This document shows, piece after piece, positions 9,612 through 19,679 of a DNA stretch of 64,000 nt. The notes under the pieces are model-generated. The model worked only from the letters and a program-made list of their open reading frames with translations, was not told the origin of the DNA and made no database searches. A program made the position numbers and the translations under genes. The DNA comes from a virus: the IMG/VR virus record IMGVR_UViG_3300033146_005954, positions 3,859-67,858 of that record; one strand, 5' to 3'. Each line of letters begins with the position of its first letter. Position 1 is the stretch's first letter.

Positions 9612-10875
9612 AAAATATAAAGAATATAATTATATTTTAAAAAGTAAAAAAGATTATTTTACAAAAAAAGAAAGTATAACTTTTTTATGCCCTACTCATG
9701 GAGAATTTGAAAAAAAATTACCTTATTTTATTTATGGAAAAAATTTTAGTTATTGTCCAAAATGTATTTTTGAAGAAAAATCTCAAAAAATGAGAATGCC
9801 ACTAGAAGAATATGAAAAAAAATTACACAAAATACATAAAAATAGATATAAAGTTTTAGAATATAACGGATTTAGTAAAGAAATTAAAATATTCGATACT
9901 GTTAGAGGTGTAAAAATAGTAGAACTTCCATACAATATATTGAAAAAATACTATAACGGAGAAGACGTTAAAAAAAGTAAATTAGAAAAACTTCAAAAAG
10001 ATTTTTATGAAAAATATGTTAAGTTAAAAATACCTTATGAAATTGTTGATTTAACTCAATATAAAAAAGCATTCTCAATGATAGAATTAAAATGTCCTAT
10101 TCATGGAATATTTAAAGTAAGAGCAAGTTATATAATTTCTAATGGTGGAAACTCTTGCCCTAAATGCTCTTATGACAACTTGAAAACAACTATTACTGAA
10201 TTTACGAATATTTGTAATAAAATACATAAAAATAAATATGATTATAAATTAGTAGAATATGAAGGTAATTTAAAAAAAATTAAAATAATATGTCCTATTC
10301 ATGGAGTGTTTTTACAGCGACCTAAACAGCATAAAAAAGGGGAAGGTTGTCCAAAATGTTCTAAAAGTAAAGGAGAAATGAGAGTTTCTGCATTATTAGA
10401 GAATAACGGGATTCTATATAACCAACAGCATCATTATAGTGATTGTATAAACCCAGAAACAAACCATGTTTTATATTTTGATTTTTATTTGCCTGATTAT
10501 AATGTATTAATTGAGTTTGATGGGAGACAACACTATGAGCCTATAAAGTATTTTGGAGGAAATAAAGAATTTATTAAAAGAAAAAGACTAGATTTGATTA
10601 AAGATGAATATTGTGTATTAAATAATATCAAACTAATTAGGATTAAATACAATACAGATGTTGAGGCATTGGATATAAAAAAAATATTAAGAACCATGAC
10701 AGAAGACAACATAATTATAAAAGATAGTGTGGTTGTAATAGATTTTTTAGATAATGGAAATAGATTTACTGAAAAACACAGTAAAGAAAGGATGAGAATA
10801 TATGAGAGTGAGGGGTATACTGATATATCTGTTATGAAAGTAGAGGAGCTAAAAACTATTGTAAAGATAAAGTAA
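9577..10875 (+). CDS. homing endonuclease (CPxHG Zn repeats plus DUF559-like nuclease) carrying a second UvsW C-terminal segment
   Basis: CPIHG/CPKC repeats, SKGE, FDFYLP..IEFDGRQH; the last ~60 aa match the UvsW C-terminus. Confidence 0.85.
   Translation: MTRKVLLKRLDEKYKEYNYILKSKKDYFTKKESITFLCPTHGEFEKKLPYFIYGKNFSYCPKCIFEEKSQKMRMPLEEYEKKLHKIHKNRYKVLEYNGFSKEIKIFDTVRGVKIVELPYNILKKYYNGEDVKKSKLEKLQKDFYEKYVKLKIPYEIVDLTQYKKAFSMIELKCPIHGIFKVRASYIISNGGNSCPKCSYDNLKTTITEFTNICNKIHKNKYDYKLVEYEGNLKKIKIICPIHGVFLQRPKQHKKGEGCPKCSKSKGEMRVSALLENNGILYNQQHHYSDCINPETNHVLYFDFYLPDYNVLIEFDGRQHYEPIKYFGGNKEFIKRKRLDLIKDEYCVLNNIKLIRIKYNTDVEALDIKKILRTMTEDNIIIKDSVVVIDFLDNGNRFTEKHSKERMRIYESEGYTDISVMKVEELKTIVKIK
10861..10870 (+). 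promoter_or_regulatory. candidate late promoter GTAAAGATAA
   Basis: 15 nt upstream of the ATG at 10886. Confidence 0.6.
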
Positions 10876-10885
10876 AGGAAAATTT

Positions 10886-12691
10886 ATGAAATACGAAGAT
10901 ATATTTTTAAAAGCTTTTAGCACAGAAACAGTATATTTAGAAGAAGGAATAGCATTTACTCCATTTTTAGCTTTTTCTATATTTAGAGATAAAATTTTTA
11001 ATAAAGCAAAAAAGACTGGGAATAAAATAGATGATACAATAGACACAGCAGCAAGAGATGTTAAAGCAAAAGGGAAACTATTTAAAGAAAAAGCAAGAGC
11101 TGAATTAGGGGTTAGTTCAAAAGGAACTGTTTATAAATTAACAAAAGAACAAAAAGAAATTATTAAAGAAATGTATGCTAAATATGGCAAAGAATTAATA
11201 AAAGATATCAGTGATTTTAGAACTAATATTTTAGCTCCTTATTCTTTAATTAAAAGACAGGTAAGAGATAATCAAAGTGTTAGTTCAAAAGATATAACTG
11301 GATTAACAAAAGAGCAATTTAAATCTTCATTAGAATCTGGTAGAAGAAAAATTGAAGCTCGTGGTGAAATATATAAAGAAAAAAGTCGTGAATTACAAAG
11401 AAGAATGTTGAAATATAACGATCAAATATCTTCTTATAAAAAAGCTAAAATTGGAATAAATAGTGGAAAAGTAGATAATAATATTTTAAGTAAATTGTAT
11501 AAAGAATTAGAATTATCTGATAATGATTTAAAAGGTTATAGCCCTGAAGAATTAAGAAGAATAACAAGTGAATTAAAGAAAAATACAAGAAATTTACAAA
11601 GATATGATATAAAAAAAGACAAAGCAGATGATGATCATGATAATTTTGTTGATACATTAAATAAACAAAAAGAATTAAGAAAAGGAAGAGGTGTTGATTT
11701 AACTAAAAATAGAGAATTTAAAAGACATGGCAGTTTTGATATAGCAATAGGAAAATATTTTTTAAGAAATGATATAAGGAAAGGGTTAATAAATGATAGA
11801 AATAATCCATTTATACCAACTTATATTTCTATTTTAGATAATTTAATTGATAAAACAGAAAAGAGAAAAAAAGAAAAATTAGATAGTTTAGTAAGTATAA
11901 AAAAGACAACTGAATTTAACGAAAAAGAAAAAAAGATTTGGGAAAAAAGACCTACTGTAAAACATGATAGTAATAAAATAAGTGATTATTATCAAAAAAT
12001 AAAAGAAGAAGATTTTTTAGATAAAAAAATATCTATTGAAAAACCTGAAAAAGTTGTAGATGCTGAAAAAGAAATAAAAAACTTAATTAAAAAATTTGAA
12101 AGAGATTTAAGTAAAAAAATTGACCCAGCAGATTTAGAAAAATTAAAAAAATATAGATTGATTAATAATTTAATTTCAATTAAAGAGTTAGAATCTCCAG
12201 ATAAGTTATTTAAAACAGAGAAAGAAATAAGTAAAACAATCACAAGTAATTATGTATCATCTGCTGATTTTATTAGAAAGATAAAAGAAATGGCCTCAAG
12301 AGAGTATGATAGTATTTCTGAATTAAATAAAGCTAAAAAAGAAGTTGATATATTAGTCAAAAATATGGAAGAAAATGATGAAAAAGAAGCTGTCGAGAAA
12401 GTAAGTGATATTATAAAAAGATTTAAAATAAGAAGAGAATTAAATAAACAAGATATTTTAGGTCATAAAACAGATGTTAAAGAATTAGTAGATATAAAAA
12501 CAATTGAAGACTTTTTACAGAAAATGATTAAGCAAGATTATAGCGATTTTGATGATTATAAACAAGATAAAGAGTTATTAGATAAAATGATTAAAAAGTA
12601 TAAAGCTGAAGATGAAGACAGTGAAGAAGAGTTGGATGATATACAATACCTTTTTGATAGATTAGAAAATAAAATGAAGAGAGGTGTTTAA
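10886..12691 (+). CDS. large Lys/Glu-rich protein, possible head internal protein
   Basis: 601-aa ORF, helical and charged, YLEE near the N-terminus, candidate late motif upstream. Confidence 0.6.
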   Translation: MKYEDIFLKAFSTETVYLEEGIAFTPFLAFSIFRDKIFNKAKKTGNKIDDTIDTAARDVKAKGKLFKEKARAELGVSSKGTVYKLTKEQKEIIKEMYAKYGKELIKDISDFRTNILAPYSLIKRQVRDNQSVSSKDITGLTKEQFKSSLESGRRKIEARGEIYKEKSRELQRRMLKYNDQISSYKKAKIGINSGKVDNNILSKLYKELELSDNDLKGYSPEELRRITSELKKNTRNLQRYDIKKDKADDDHDNFVDTLNKQKELRKGRGVDLTKNREFKRHGSFDIAIGKYFLRNDIRKGLINDRNNPFIPTYISILDNLIDKTEKRKKEKLDSLVSIKKTTEFNEKEKKIWEKRPTVKHDSNKISDYYQKIKEEDFLDKKISIEKPEKVVDAEKEIKNLIKKFERDLSKKIDPADLEKLKKYRLINNLISIKELESPDKLFKTEKEISKTITSNYVSSADFIRKIKEMASREYDSISELNKAKKEVDILVKNMEENDEKEAVEKVSDIIKRFKIRRELNKQDILGHKTDVKELVDIKTIEDFLQKMIKQDYSDFDDYKQDKELLDKMIKKYKAEDEDSEEELDDIQYLFDRLENKMKRGV

Positions 12692-13452
12692 TGAAAACAT
12701 TTATGATTCAACCAAATAAAATAGCTGTTAAATTAGATAAAGTTAAATTGTTTAAAAATAATATAACTTTAGTTCCTATTATATCTAAAGATACTGGGAA
12801 ATTATATAAAATGAATTTTATGTTAAATATTTATTTACCTAAAAAATATGATATAAATACTAAATTAAGCCCAAGAAATGTTAATATGATTTTTTTAAAA
12901 AATGCTATATTAAATAATATATCAGATTATGATAGAAAATATATGAGTTTAAGTTATTTTGATACTAAAAAAGCTACTTTTATATTTGAAAAAGATAAGT
13001 GGATGAAAGATGCTGTTAATAACTTATCTTCAAAAAAAGAATTATCTAAATTTTCAAGAAGTTTTAAATTAAAAATAGCTCCCCCAAGAATGATACTTCA
13101 AGATATGAGTAGTGAATATTGGGGAAAATATATTTTAAGACATTTTAAAAAATATGTAGATGATAAGAAAAAAGGAAAAGAGTTTTTTAGATACTTAATA
13201 CCAAAAGAAATGGCTAAAAAATTAGAAAGAAAAATGGCTAATATGTTTGATTGGAATTATAATATCCAAACAAATAAAATAACTGCTGTTTTAAAAAGTT
13301 TTTGGGTTTTAGCCATCATGTATTCAGCAGCTAAAGTTTCTAAAAAAATAATAAATAAAGAAGCTTTTTTTAACGCAAAAGTAAAAAAGAATTTAAATAT
13401 ATTTAAAAATACTAATTATAATAAATATATTAATAAAAATAAAATTTTCTAA
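12691..13452 (+). CDS. basic hypothetical protein
   Basis: TAATG coupling, GAGG SD. Confidence 0.65.
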   Translation: MKTFMIQPNKIAVKLDKVKLFKNNITLVPIISKDTGKLYKMNFMLNIYLPKKYDINTKLSPRNVNMIFLKNAILNNISDYDRKYMSLSYFDTKKATFIFEKDKWMKDAVNNLSSKKELSKFSRSFKLKIAPPRMILQDMSSEYWGKYILRHFKKYVDDKKKGKEFFRYLIPKEMAKKLERKMANMFDWNYNIQTNKITAVLKSFWVLAIMYSAAKVSKKIINKEAFFNAKVKKNLNIFKNTNYNKYINKNKIF

Positions 13453-13549
13453 TGTAAAGATAAAATATACTTGACAAAAACTTTTGTAAGTGTTATAATG
13501 TTAAAAAACGCTCCGTATGGAGGTTTAATATATTTTTAAGGAGGGAGCT

Positions 13550-13963
13550 ATGAATAATAGACCCGTATATTTCGATGATTTTTTTACAACACTTTTAAAG
13601 GACGCAGATAAGGTTTTTGAAAAAAACTTATCTTATAATTGTCCTTCATTTCCACCCGTTAATGTTTATTCCAAAGAGGACAAAACAATTGTTTATGAAT
13701 TCGCTTTAGCTGGATATGACAAAAAAGATATCAGTTTGGAGTTTGAAAATAATTATATGGTCTTGAAGTTGGAAAAACCAAAAAGAGAAGATTATGGTAA
13801 AATAATTTATCAAAAATTAAAATTAAGCTCTGATGTAAAAAGATATCATTTACCAAGTGATAAGTTCTTTTATGATAAAGCAGTTGCTACTTTTAAAAAT
13901 GGTATTTTATTAGTAGAAATTCCAAGTAAAATTCCTGAAAAAGTTTTAATAGGTATTGAATAA
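13550..13963 (+). CDS. small heat-shock protein Hsp20
   Basis: FPPVNVY, FALAGYDKKDI, ATFKNGILLVEIP; both the late motif (13454) and a sigma70 promoter (13471) upstream. Confidence 0.9.
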   Translation: MNNRPVYFDDFFTTLLKDADKVFEKNLSYNCPSFPPVNVYSKEDKTIVYEFALAGYDKKDISLEFENNYMVLKLEKPKREDYGKIIYQKLKLSSDVKRYHLPSDKFFYDKAVATFKNGILLVEIPSKIPEKVLIGIE

Positions 13964-13986
13964 AAAAAAGCCCCGAAAGGGGCTTT
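13962..13986. terminator. bidirectional terminator
   Basis: AAAAAAGCCCC-GAAA-GGGGCTTT. Confidence 0.85.
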
Positions 13987-15337
13987 AAACATTATATATA
14001 AACTTATCACTTCCACAATCCCATATCCTATCTATTCCATTAATTAACATGTTTTGATATTCAGTTATATTTATATCAAAATAATCTAACTTTTTAGGCA
14101 ATTCTTGCTTTCTATATCCAAATCTATGTTTCCTTATACCATTAACTACATAGTAATAATTAACATTAGTTGAATCAACTTTTTTCATTCCTATATTTGT
14201 ATAAAATGTTCCTTTATTCCATCTCCTATCACTAAATGTAAATATAGTATCTACTTTATAATTTTTTATAAAATGCTGAAACATTTTACTCCCTAATCCC
14301 ATTATTAAATACCCTGCTTTAACTGAAAAACGTGATAACTCATATTCACCCTCTGTTTTTTTCTTTCTCCCTAACGCAACTCTAGGTTTTACAAATGTCA
14401 TTACTCCAACTAATTCATTTAAATAAAAAGCTCCTAACTTAATAGATGCTCTATCAACTCCTTGTATGTGAGTATTTAATAAAAATTCATTCTTTGTAGA
14501 AGCTTCTATTTCTTTAATTATAGTTTTTCTACCACCTATTTTAACATCATATATTCCAAGAAAATGTTTTATTCTATTTTTTACTATTAATTCTTTAAAT
14601 ATCCACTCATCTTCAAATATTTGAATTAATCTTATTCCTTTCTCTTTATATGATAACATCTTATTTAAATGAAATCTCTTATCACCTATTTGTTGCTCAC
14701 TATGATAATGTAAATTATATATAGTAAATGCTATAGAATGCTTTTCTATATATATTATATCATCTTCTACTCTATATTCTGCTATGGATGATATGAAATC
14801 TATTAATTCACTTTTTAAATCTCTATTTGGAGAGTTCGCAATAGAAGAAGCAAGTGATCTATTCGGTATGAATATATTTTTAGCTCCATTATTTTCAATA
14901 TTTAATTTTCTAACATGATCTATCACTTCTTTATTTACAACAGGTTTTAAACATTCTTTACATCCACTCCCTCGTAAAAAATTCTTTGGAGCTACTGAAA
15001 AATCACCATGTTCTTTACATGTTATTATTAATTTCGTGTTAGTGTTTTTATATACTGCTTTAGTATATAAATACTTTGTCCCAAATTTAGCAATACCTTT
15101 TTTAATAAATTCATCAATTCCTAAACTTCTTTCTTTAGAAGCTTTCTCTTTACTACAAATAGGACACCCTGTTTTCCTACTTAAAAAAGCCTGTGGAGTT
15201 TTAGAAAATACACCATGTATTTTACATATTATTTTAACTTTTGTTTTATAATCTATATAATTTACTAATCTATAATCATATAAATCCCCATAAATTGCTT
15301 TCGCTTTCTCTATAAATATTTCATTTGTTAATCTCAT
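13985..15337 (-). CDS. Hef-like homing endonuclease (Zn repeats, Vsr-like domain, GNAT-like C-terminal domain)
   Basis: CKIHG repeats, IQIFEDEW, HIQG, YELSRF, IWDCG; probable start MRLTNE at 15337 behind its own promoter. Confidence 0.75.
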   Translation of the reverse strand: MRLTNEIFIEKAKAIYGDLYDYRLVNYIDYKTKVKIICKIHGVFSKTPQAFLSRKTGCPICSKEKASKERSLGIDEFIKKGIAKFGTKYLYTKAVYKNTNTKLIITCKEHGDFSVAPKNFLRGSGCKECLKPVVNKEVIDHVRKLNIENNGAKNIFIPNRSLASSIANSPNRDLKSELIDFISSIAEYRVEDDIIYIEKHSIAFTIYNLHYHSEQQIGDKRFHLNKMLSYKEKGIRLIQIFEDEWIFKELIVKNRIKHFLGIYDVKIGGRKTIIKEIEASTKNEFLLNTHIQGVDRASIKLGAFYLNELVGVMTFVKPRVALGRKKKTEGEYELSRFSVKAGYLIMGLGSKMFQHFIKNYKVDTIFTFSDRRWNKGTFYTNIGMKKVDSTNVNYYYVVNGIRKHRFGYRKQELPKKLDYFDINITEYQNMLINGIDRIWDCGSDKFIYNV

Positions 15338-15533
15338 AAATTTATGATACATTAAATAATAAATTTTGTCAATAGTTATTGTATTAAAGTATAATGTCTT
15401 ATAACAATATTTTTCTTCAACACATTCTATTAAATATAATTTTTTCAATTTTTCTCTCAATGCTTTATCCTCTATTAATACTTCACAATCAACTGTAGTA
15501 TCTAAAGCATCCATTAAAGCATAAAATTCACCT

Positions 15534-16031
15534 TTATCCAATTTTTCCCCCAAGTAATTTTAAATATTTTTTATATGGAAAATCTACTAACTTATCATCA
15601 GAACTCTCTTCATAATCTAAAAATATATTTATATCATTTATTAATTTCATTATAACTTTCTCTTTCTTATCTAAATTAGATAATTCAAGTATTTTACTTT
15701 TCGCTAAATCATCTATTACTCCCCTATTTTCTAAACTATTTATAAAATCATAAAAATAACCCTCTATTGTTTTAGTTCCTATTATATCATTCTTATATTT
15801 ATTAAATGGTAAAGAAAATAATCTCTTTCTATTATCTATTACTTCAACTTTTATTTTACATTTATACTCTTTTTCATATTTCTCTAAACAATTAAAACAC
15901 CAATATAATTGATTATTTAATACATTAGCATATCTCTCTTCACATCTCATACATAAATGATCTATTCCATTTTTTAATCTTTCCTCTTTTATTTTATTAT
16001 ATCTTTTTTTATCATACTCTTTTTTAGTCAA
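15534..16031 (-). CDS. hypothetical Zn-finger protein
   Basis: CMRC...CFNC; AGGAG SD before TTG. Confidence 0.6.
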   Translation of the reverse strand: MTKKEYDKKRYNKIKEERLKNGIDHLCMRCEERYANVLNNQLYWCFNCLEKYEKEYKCKIKVEVIDNRKRLFSLPFNKYKNDIIGTKTIEGYFYDFINSLENRGVIDDLAKSKILELSNLDKKEKVIMKLINDINIFLDYEESSDDKLVDFPYKKYLKLLGGKIG

Positions 16032-16106
16032 AATGAACTCCTATTATTCCACTTTTATTATATATGATTTGATAGTAAAGTTAAATATAATTAAGGAGAG
16101 AAAAAT

Positions 16107-16637
16107 ATGTCAATTTATATTAGTTCAAGTGAATCAAATACTTTAGAACCTATGAGGAAAAACCGTTGGGTTGTTTCCTTTACAACTGTTCCAGGATCAG
16201 ATAAATCAGAAGCTTTATCTTTTGCTGCCCATACAGCTGCTCAACCACAAATTACTTTTAATGTTGGTGAACATCATAGAATAAATGAAAAAGTTTATAC
16301 AGCTGGGAAACCAAGTTATAATCAAATCCCAATAGCTTTTTATGATTTTATCAGAGGCGATAATTCAGCCGGTGATATTTTATATAATTGGGCCTCAACT
16401 ATTTATAATCCTATCACTGGGCAGATGAGCTTTAAATCACAATATTCTACTTCCGCTACTTTAGCACTTTTAGATCCAATGGGTGGAGTGGCTCGTTTGT
16501 GGAATTTATTCTATTGTTGGCCAAGTGAAGTTAATTGGAACGATTTATCTTCAGAAGATGATGGACTTATGGATGTATCGATGACTTTACATTATGATTA
16601 TGCCATAAAAGCGAAGGATGAAGACACGTCCAAGTAA
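16107..16637 (+). CDS. T4 gp19-like tail tube protein
   Basis: EPMRKNRW, YTAGKP, CWPSEVNWNDL, MTLHYD; GTAAAGTTAA at 16075. Confidence 0.85.
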   Translation: MSIYISSSESNTLEPMRKNRWVVSFTTVPGSDKSEALSFAAHTAAQPQITFNVGEHHRINEKVYTAGKPSYNQIPIAFYDFIRGDNSAGDILYNWASTIYNPITGQMSFKSQYSTSATLALLDPMGGVARLWNLFYCWPSEVNWNDLSSEDDGLMDVSMTLHYDYAIKAKDEDTSK

Positions 16638-16655
16638 AATAAAATAAAATAAATT

Positions 16656-16687
16656 ATACCCTATCTAATATTAGATAGGGTATTTTT
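16656..16687 (+). terminator. intrinsic terminator
   Basis: ATACCCTATCTAA...TTAGATAGGGTAT followed by T-run. Confidence 0.75.
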
Positions 16688-16722
16688 ATTGACAAAATCT
16701 ATTATTTAATGTATAATAATGT

Positions 16723-17823
16723 ATGCGAAGAAAAACAACTGAAGAGTTTATAGAAGAAAGCAAAAAAATACATGGAAATATTTATGATTATTCTAAAGTA
16801 AATTATATAAATGCTTATACAAAAGTAGAAATAATATGCAAAATACATGGTTCATTTTTTCAAAGACCTGATAAGCACTTAATAGGACAAAGATGCCCTA
16901 TTTGTAGTAAAGAAAAAACATCTTTAGGGAAAGAAGGTTTTACAAAATTAGCAAAAAATATTCATGGCGATAAATATGATTATTCTAAAGTAAATTATAT
17001 AAATAATAAAACAAAAGTAGAAATAATATGCAAAATACATGGTAATTTTTGGCAAAGAGTGGGGGATCATTTAAATAACCACGGATGTCCTTTATGTGGA
17101 GATTTAGTTATAAAAGAGAAACTATCAGATTCATCCGAAGATTTTATAATTAAGGCAAAAAAAATACATGGTGATAGATATGATTATTCTAAAGTAAATT
17201 ATTACAATAACACAACCAAAGTTGAAATAATATGCAAAACACATGGTAATTTTTGGCAAATCCCATCAGATCATTTAAGACATCATGGATGTAAAAAATG
17301 TTATTATGCAAAAATTTTAAGCAATACAGAAGATTTTATCAATAAAGCTAATATAGTTCATAATAATTTATATGATTATTCTAAAGTAAATTATATAAAT
17401 AATATAACAAAAATTGAAATAATATGTAAAATACATGGTAGTTTTTGGCAAATACCTTATATTCATTTACAAAATCATGGATGCCCTGTTTGTAATAGTA
17501 GTAAAGGAGAAATGCTAATAGCTAATTATTTAGAAAAACATAAAATAAGTTTTATTCCTCAAAAGAGATTTGATGACTGTAAAAATGTTAACCCATTACC
17601 TTTTGACTTTTACTTACCTAATTATAATATATTAATTGAATTTGACGGAAAACAGCATTTTGAAGTAAATGAGTTTTTTGGTGGAAAAGAAAATTTCATT
17701 AAACAACAAATAAATGATAATATAAAAACAAATTATAGTAAAGAAAATAATATATCTTTAATTAGAATAAGGTATGATGAAATAGATTATGTTGATAAAA
17801 TATTGACAAAATATATTATTTAA
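16723..17823 (+). CDS. homing endonuclease (YDYSKV..ICKIHG repeats plus DUF559-like nuclease)
   Basis: Four Zn repeats, SKGE, LPFDFYLP, IEFDGKQH. Confidence 0.85.
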   Translation: MRRKTTEEFIEESKKIHGNIYDYSKVNYINAYTKVEIICKIHGSFFQRPDKHLIGQRCPICSKEKTSLGKEGFTKLAKNIHGDKYDYSKVNYINNKTKVEIICKIHGNFWQRVGDHLNNHGCPLCGDLVIKEKLSDSSEDFIIKAKKIHGDRYDYSKVNYYNNTTKVEIICKTHGNFWQIPSDHLRHHGCKKCYYAKILSNTEDFINKANIVHNNLYDYSKVNYINNITKIEIICKIHGSFWQIPYIHLQNHGCPVCNSSKGEMLIANYLEKHKISFIPQKRFDDCKNVNPLPFDFYLPNYNILIEFDGKQHFEVNEFFGGKENFIKQQINDNIKTNYSKENNISLIRIRYDEIDYVDKILTKYII

Positions 17824-17836
17824 TGTATAATAATGT

Positions 17837-18727
17837 ATGAGAAGAAAAACAACTGAAGAGTTTATAGAAGAAAGTAAAAAAATACATGGTGATAGATATG
17901 ATTATTCTAAAGTAAATTATATAAATAATATAACAAAAATTGAAATAATATGTAAAAAACATGGAATATTTTTTCAAACACCTTTAGGACACTTAAAGAC
18001 AAAAGGATGTCCTATTTGTAGTAAAGAAAAAACATCTTTAGGAAAAGAAGGTTTTATAAAATTAGCAAAAAAAATACATGGGGAAAAATATGATTATTCT
18101 AAAGTAAAATATGTTAATAATAAAACAAAAGTAGAAATAATATGTAAAATACATGGAAGTTTTTGGCAAATACCTAACAGGCATTTACAAGGAAATGGGT
18201 GTAGTGTTTGTGCTAATAACTATAAATCAAATACAGAAGAATTTATAAAAAAGGCTAATATAGTTCATAATAATTTATATGATTATAAATTAGTAAATTA
18301 TATAAATGCTAAAACTAAAGTGGAAATAATATGTAAAAAACATGGGATATTTTATCAAATACCAAATAGTCATTTAAATGGTAGAGGATGTCCTGTTTGT
18401 AATAATAGTAAAGGAGAAATGTTAATAGCTAATTATTTAGAAAAACATAAAATAAGTTTTATTCCTCAAAAAACATTTGATGATTGTAGAAATAAAAGAG
18501 TTTTACCATTTGATTTTTACTTACCTAATTATAATATATTAATCGAATTTGATGGAAAACAACATTTTATAAATGATAATTGGGGAAAAGATAATTATAA
18601 AAAAACTGTGTTTCATGATAATATAAAAACAAACTATAGTATAGAAAAAGGTATTAAATTAATTAGAATAAGATATGATGAAATAAATTACATAGGAGAG
18701 ATTATTGAAAATTTTGTTAACAGCTGA
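17837..18727 (+). CDS. homing endonuclease, tandem paralog of 16723
   Basis: Identical N-terminus MRRKTTEEFIEESKKIHG; three repeats; same nuclease domain. Confidence 0.85.
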   Translation: MRRKTTEEFIEESKKIHGDRYDYSKVNYINNITKIEIICKKHGIFFQTPLGHLKTKGCPICSKEKTSLGKEGFIKLAKKIHGEKYDYSKVKYVNNKTKVEIICKIHGSFWQIPNRHLQGNGCSVCANNYKSNTEEFIKKANIVHNNLYDYKLVNYINAKTKVEIICKKHGIFYQIPNSHLNGRGCPVCNNSKGEMLIANYLEKHKISFIPQKTFDDCRNKRVLPFDFYLPNYNILIEFDGKQHFINDNWGKDNYKKTVFHDNIKTNYSIEKGIKLIRIRYDEINYIGEIIENFVNS

Positions 18728-19679
18728 CTTACATTTAAAAAAAGGAATTAGAACTGATGTTGGTTTAAATTATTTAGATTATTTAGAAAAATATTATATT
18801 AAACATGATTTAAAATACTTAATATTTTTAGGTGATATATTAGATAAAAGTTCAAGTATAAAAAATGAAATGTTTATACCATTATCTTTGAAATTGTATG
18901 ATATGAAAGAAAAAGGGATAAACATGATATTTCTTTTAGGCAATCATGATATATTTAATGTGGACAATGACAGTATAGTAGAGACTTTTGCTCCGTTTGG
19001 GCAAGTGATAAAAGAAACGACTGTATTGAATATATTAGGGGAGGAGGTAATATTTTTACCATATACGAAGAAAGTGGAGGATATAGAGGAGTTAGATAGT
19101 TTAACATTATTCACACATTTATCGATAGCTGATTTTTCATTTGATAATAATTACCATGCTACTGAAAAAATAGCATTTCCTAAAAAGATGTTTGAAAGAT
19201 TTGATAAAGTAATTACAGGGCATTTTCATAGGCATCAGGAGTATAAAAATATAACTTATATAGGAAGTCCATTTCAAATGAATAGAGGTGAAATAGATCA
19301 ATTAAAAGGATTTATGGTAATGGAGATGGATACATTAGAAACAGAATTTATAGTATATAATGAAGCCCCAACATATATTAATATATCTATGGAGAATATA
19401 AAGAATTTAGACACAATGGATTTAACGAATAAAATAGCAGTTATAAATGTGGATAGGAAGATAGAAGATTTTGCTAAATTAAGATATATTTTATTAGAAA
19501 AAGGGGTAGTAGATATATTACCTGTATTTGAGGTAGTAGAAGATGATTTAACATTAGTAGAAGATGTTAAACTAAATAACAATTTAGAAGATATAGTTAA
19601 GGAATATATAATAGAACAAAATAAAGAATTTGAAGAAGATATATTATTTGCTTTTAATAAAGTGCTGGAGGAAGTGTGA
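18705..19679 (+). CDS. gp47/Mre11/SbcD-like nuclease
   Basis: ADLH, GD, GNHD, GHFH metallophosphoesterase motifs. Confidence 0.9.
   Translation: MKILLTADLHLKKGIRTDVGLNYLDYLEKYYIKHDLKYLIFLGDILDKSSSIKNEMFIPLSLKLYDMKEKGINMIFLLGNHDIFNVDNDSIVETFAPFGQVIKETTVLNILGEEVIFLPYTKKVEDIEELDSLTLFTHLSIADFSFDNNYHATEKIAFPKKMFERFDKVITGHFHRHQEYKNITYIGSPFQMNRGEIDQLKGFMVMEMDTLETEFIVYNEAPTYINISMENIKNLDTMDLTNKIAVINVDRKIEDFAKLRYILLEKGVVDILPVFEVVEDDLTLVEDVKLNNNLEDIVKEYIIEQNKEFEEDILFAFNKVLEEV

Noticed and set aside
9577-10690. Group I intron in uvsW
   Set aside because: There is no non-coding space for a ribozyme core and UvsW is already complete upstream
13985-15553. A single 522-aa protein
   Set aside because: An internal promoter matching those of other endonuclease genes sits just before Met at 15337, so the upstream 72 codons are probably a separate gene remnant
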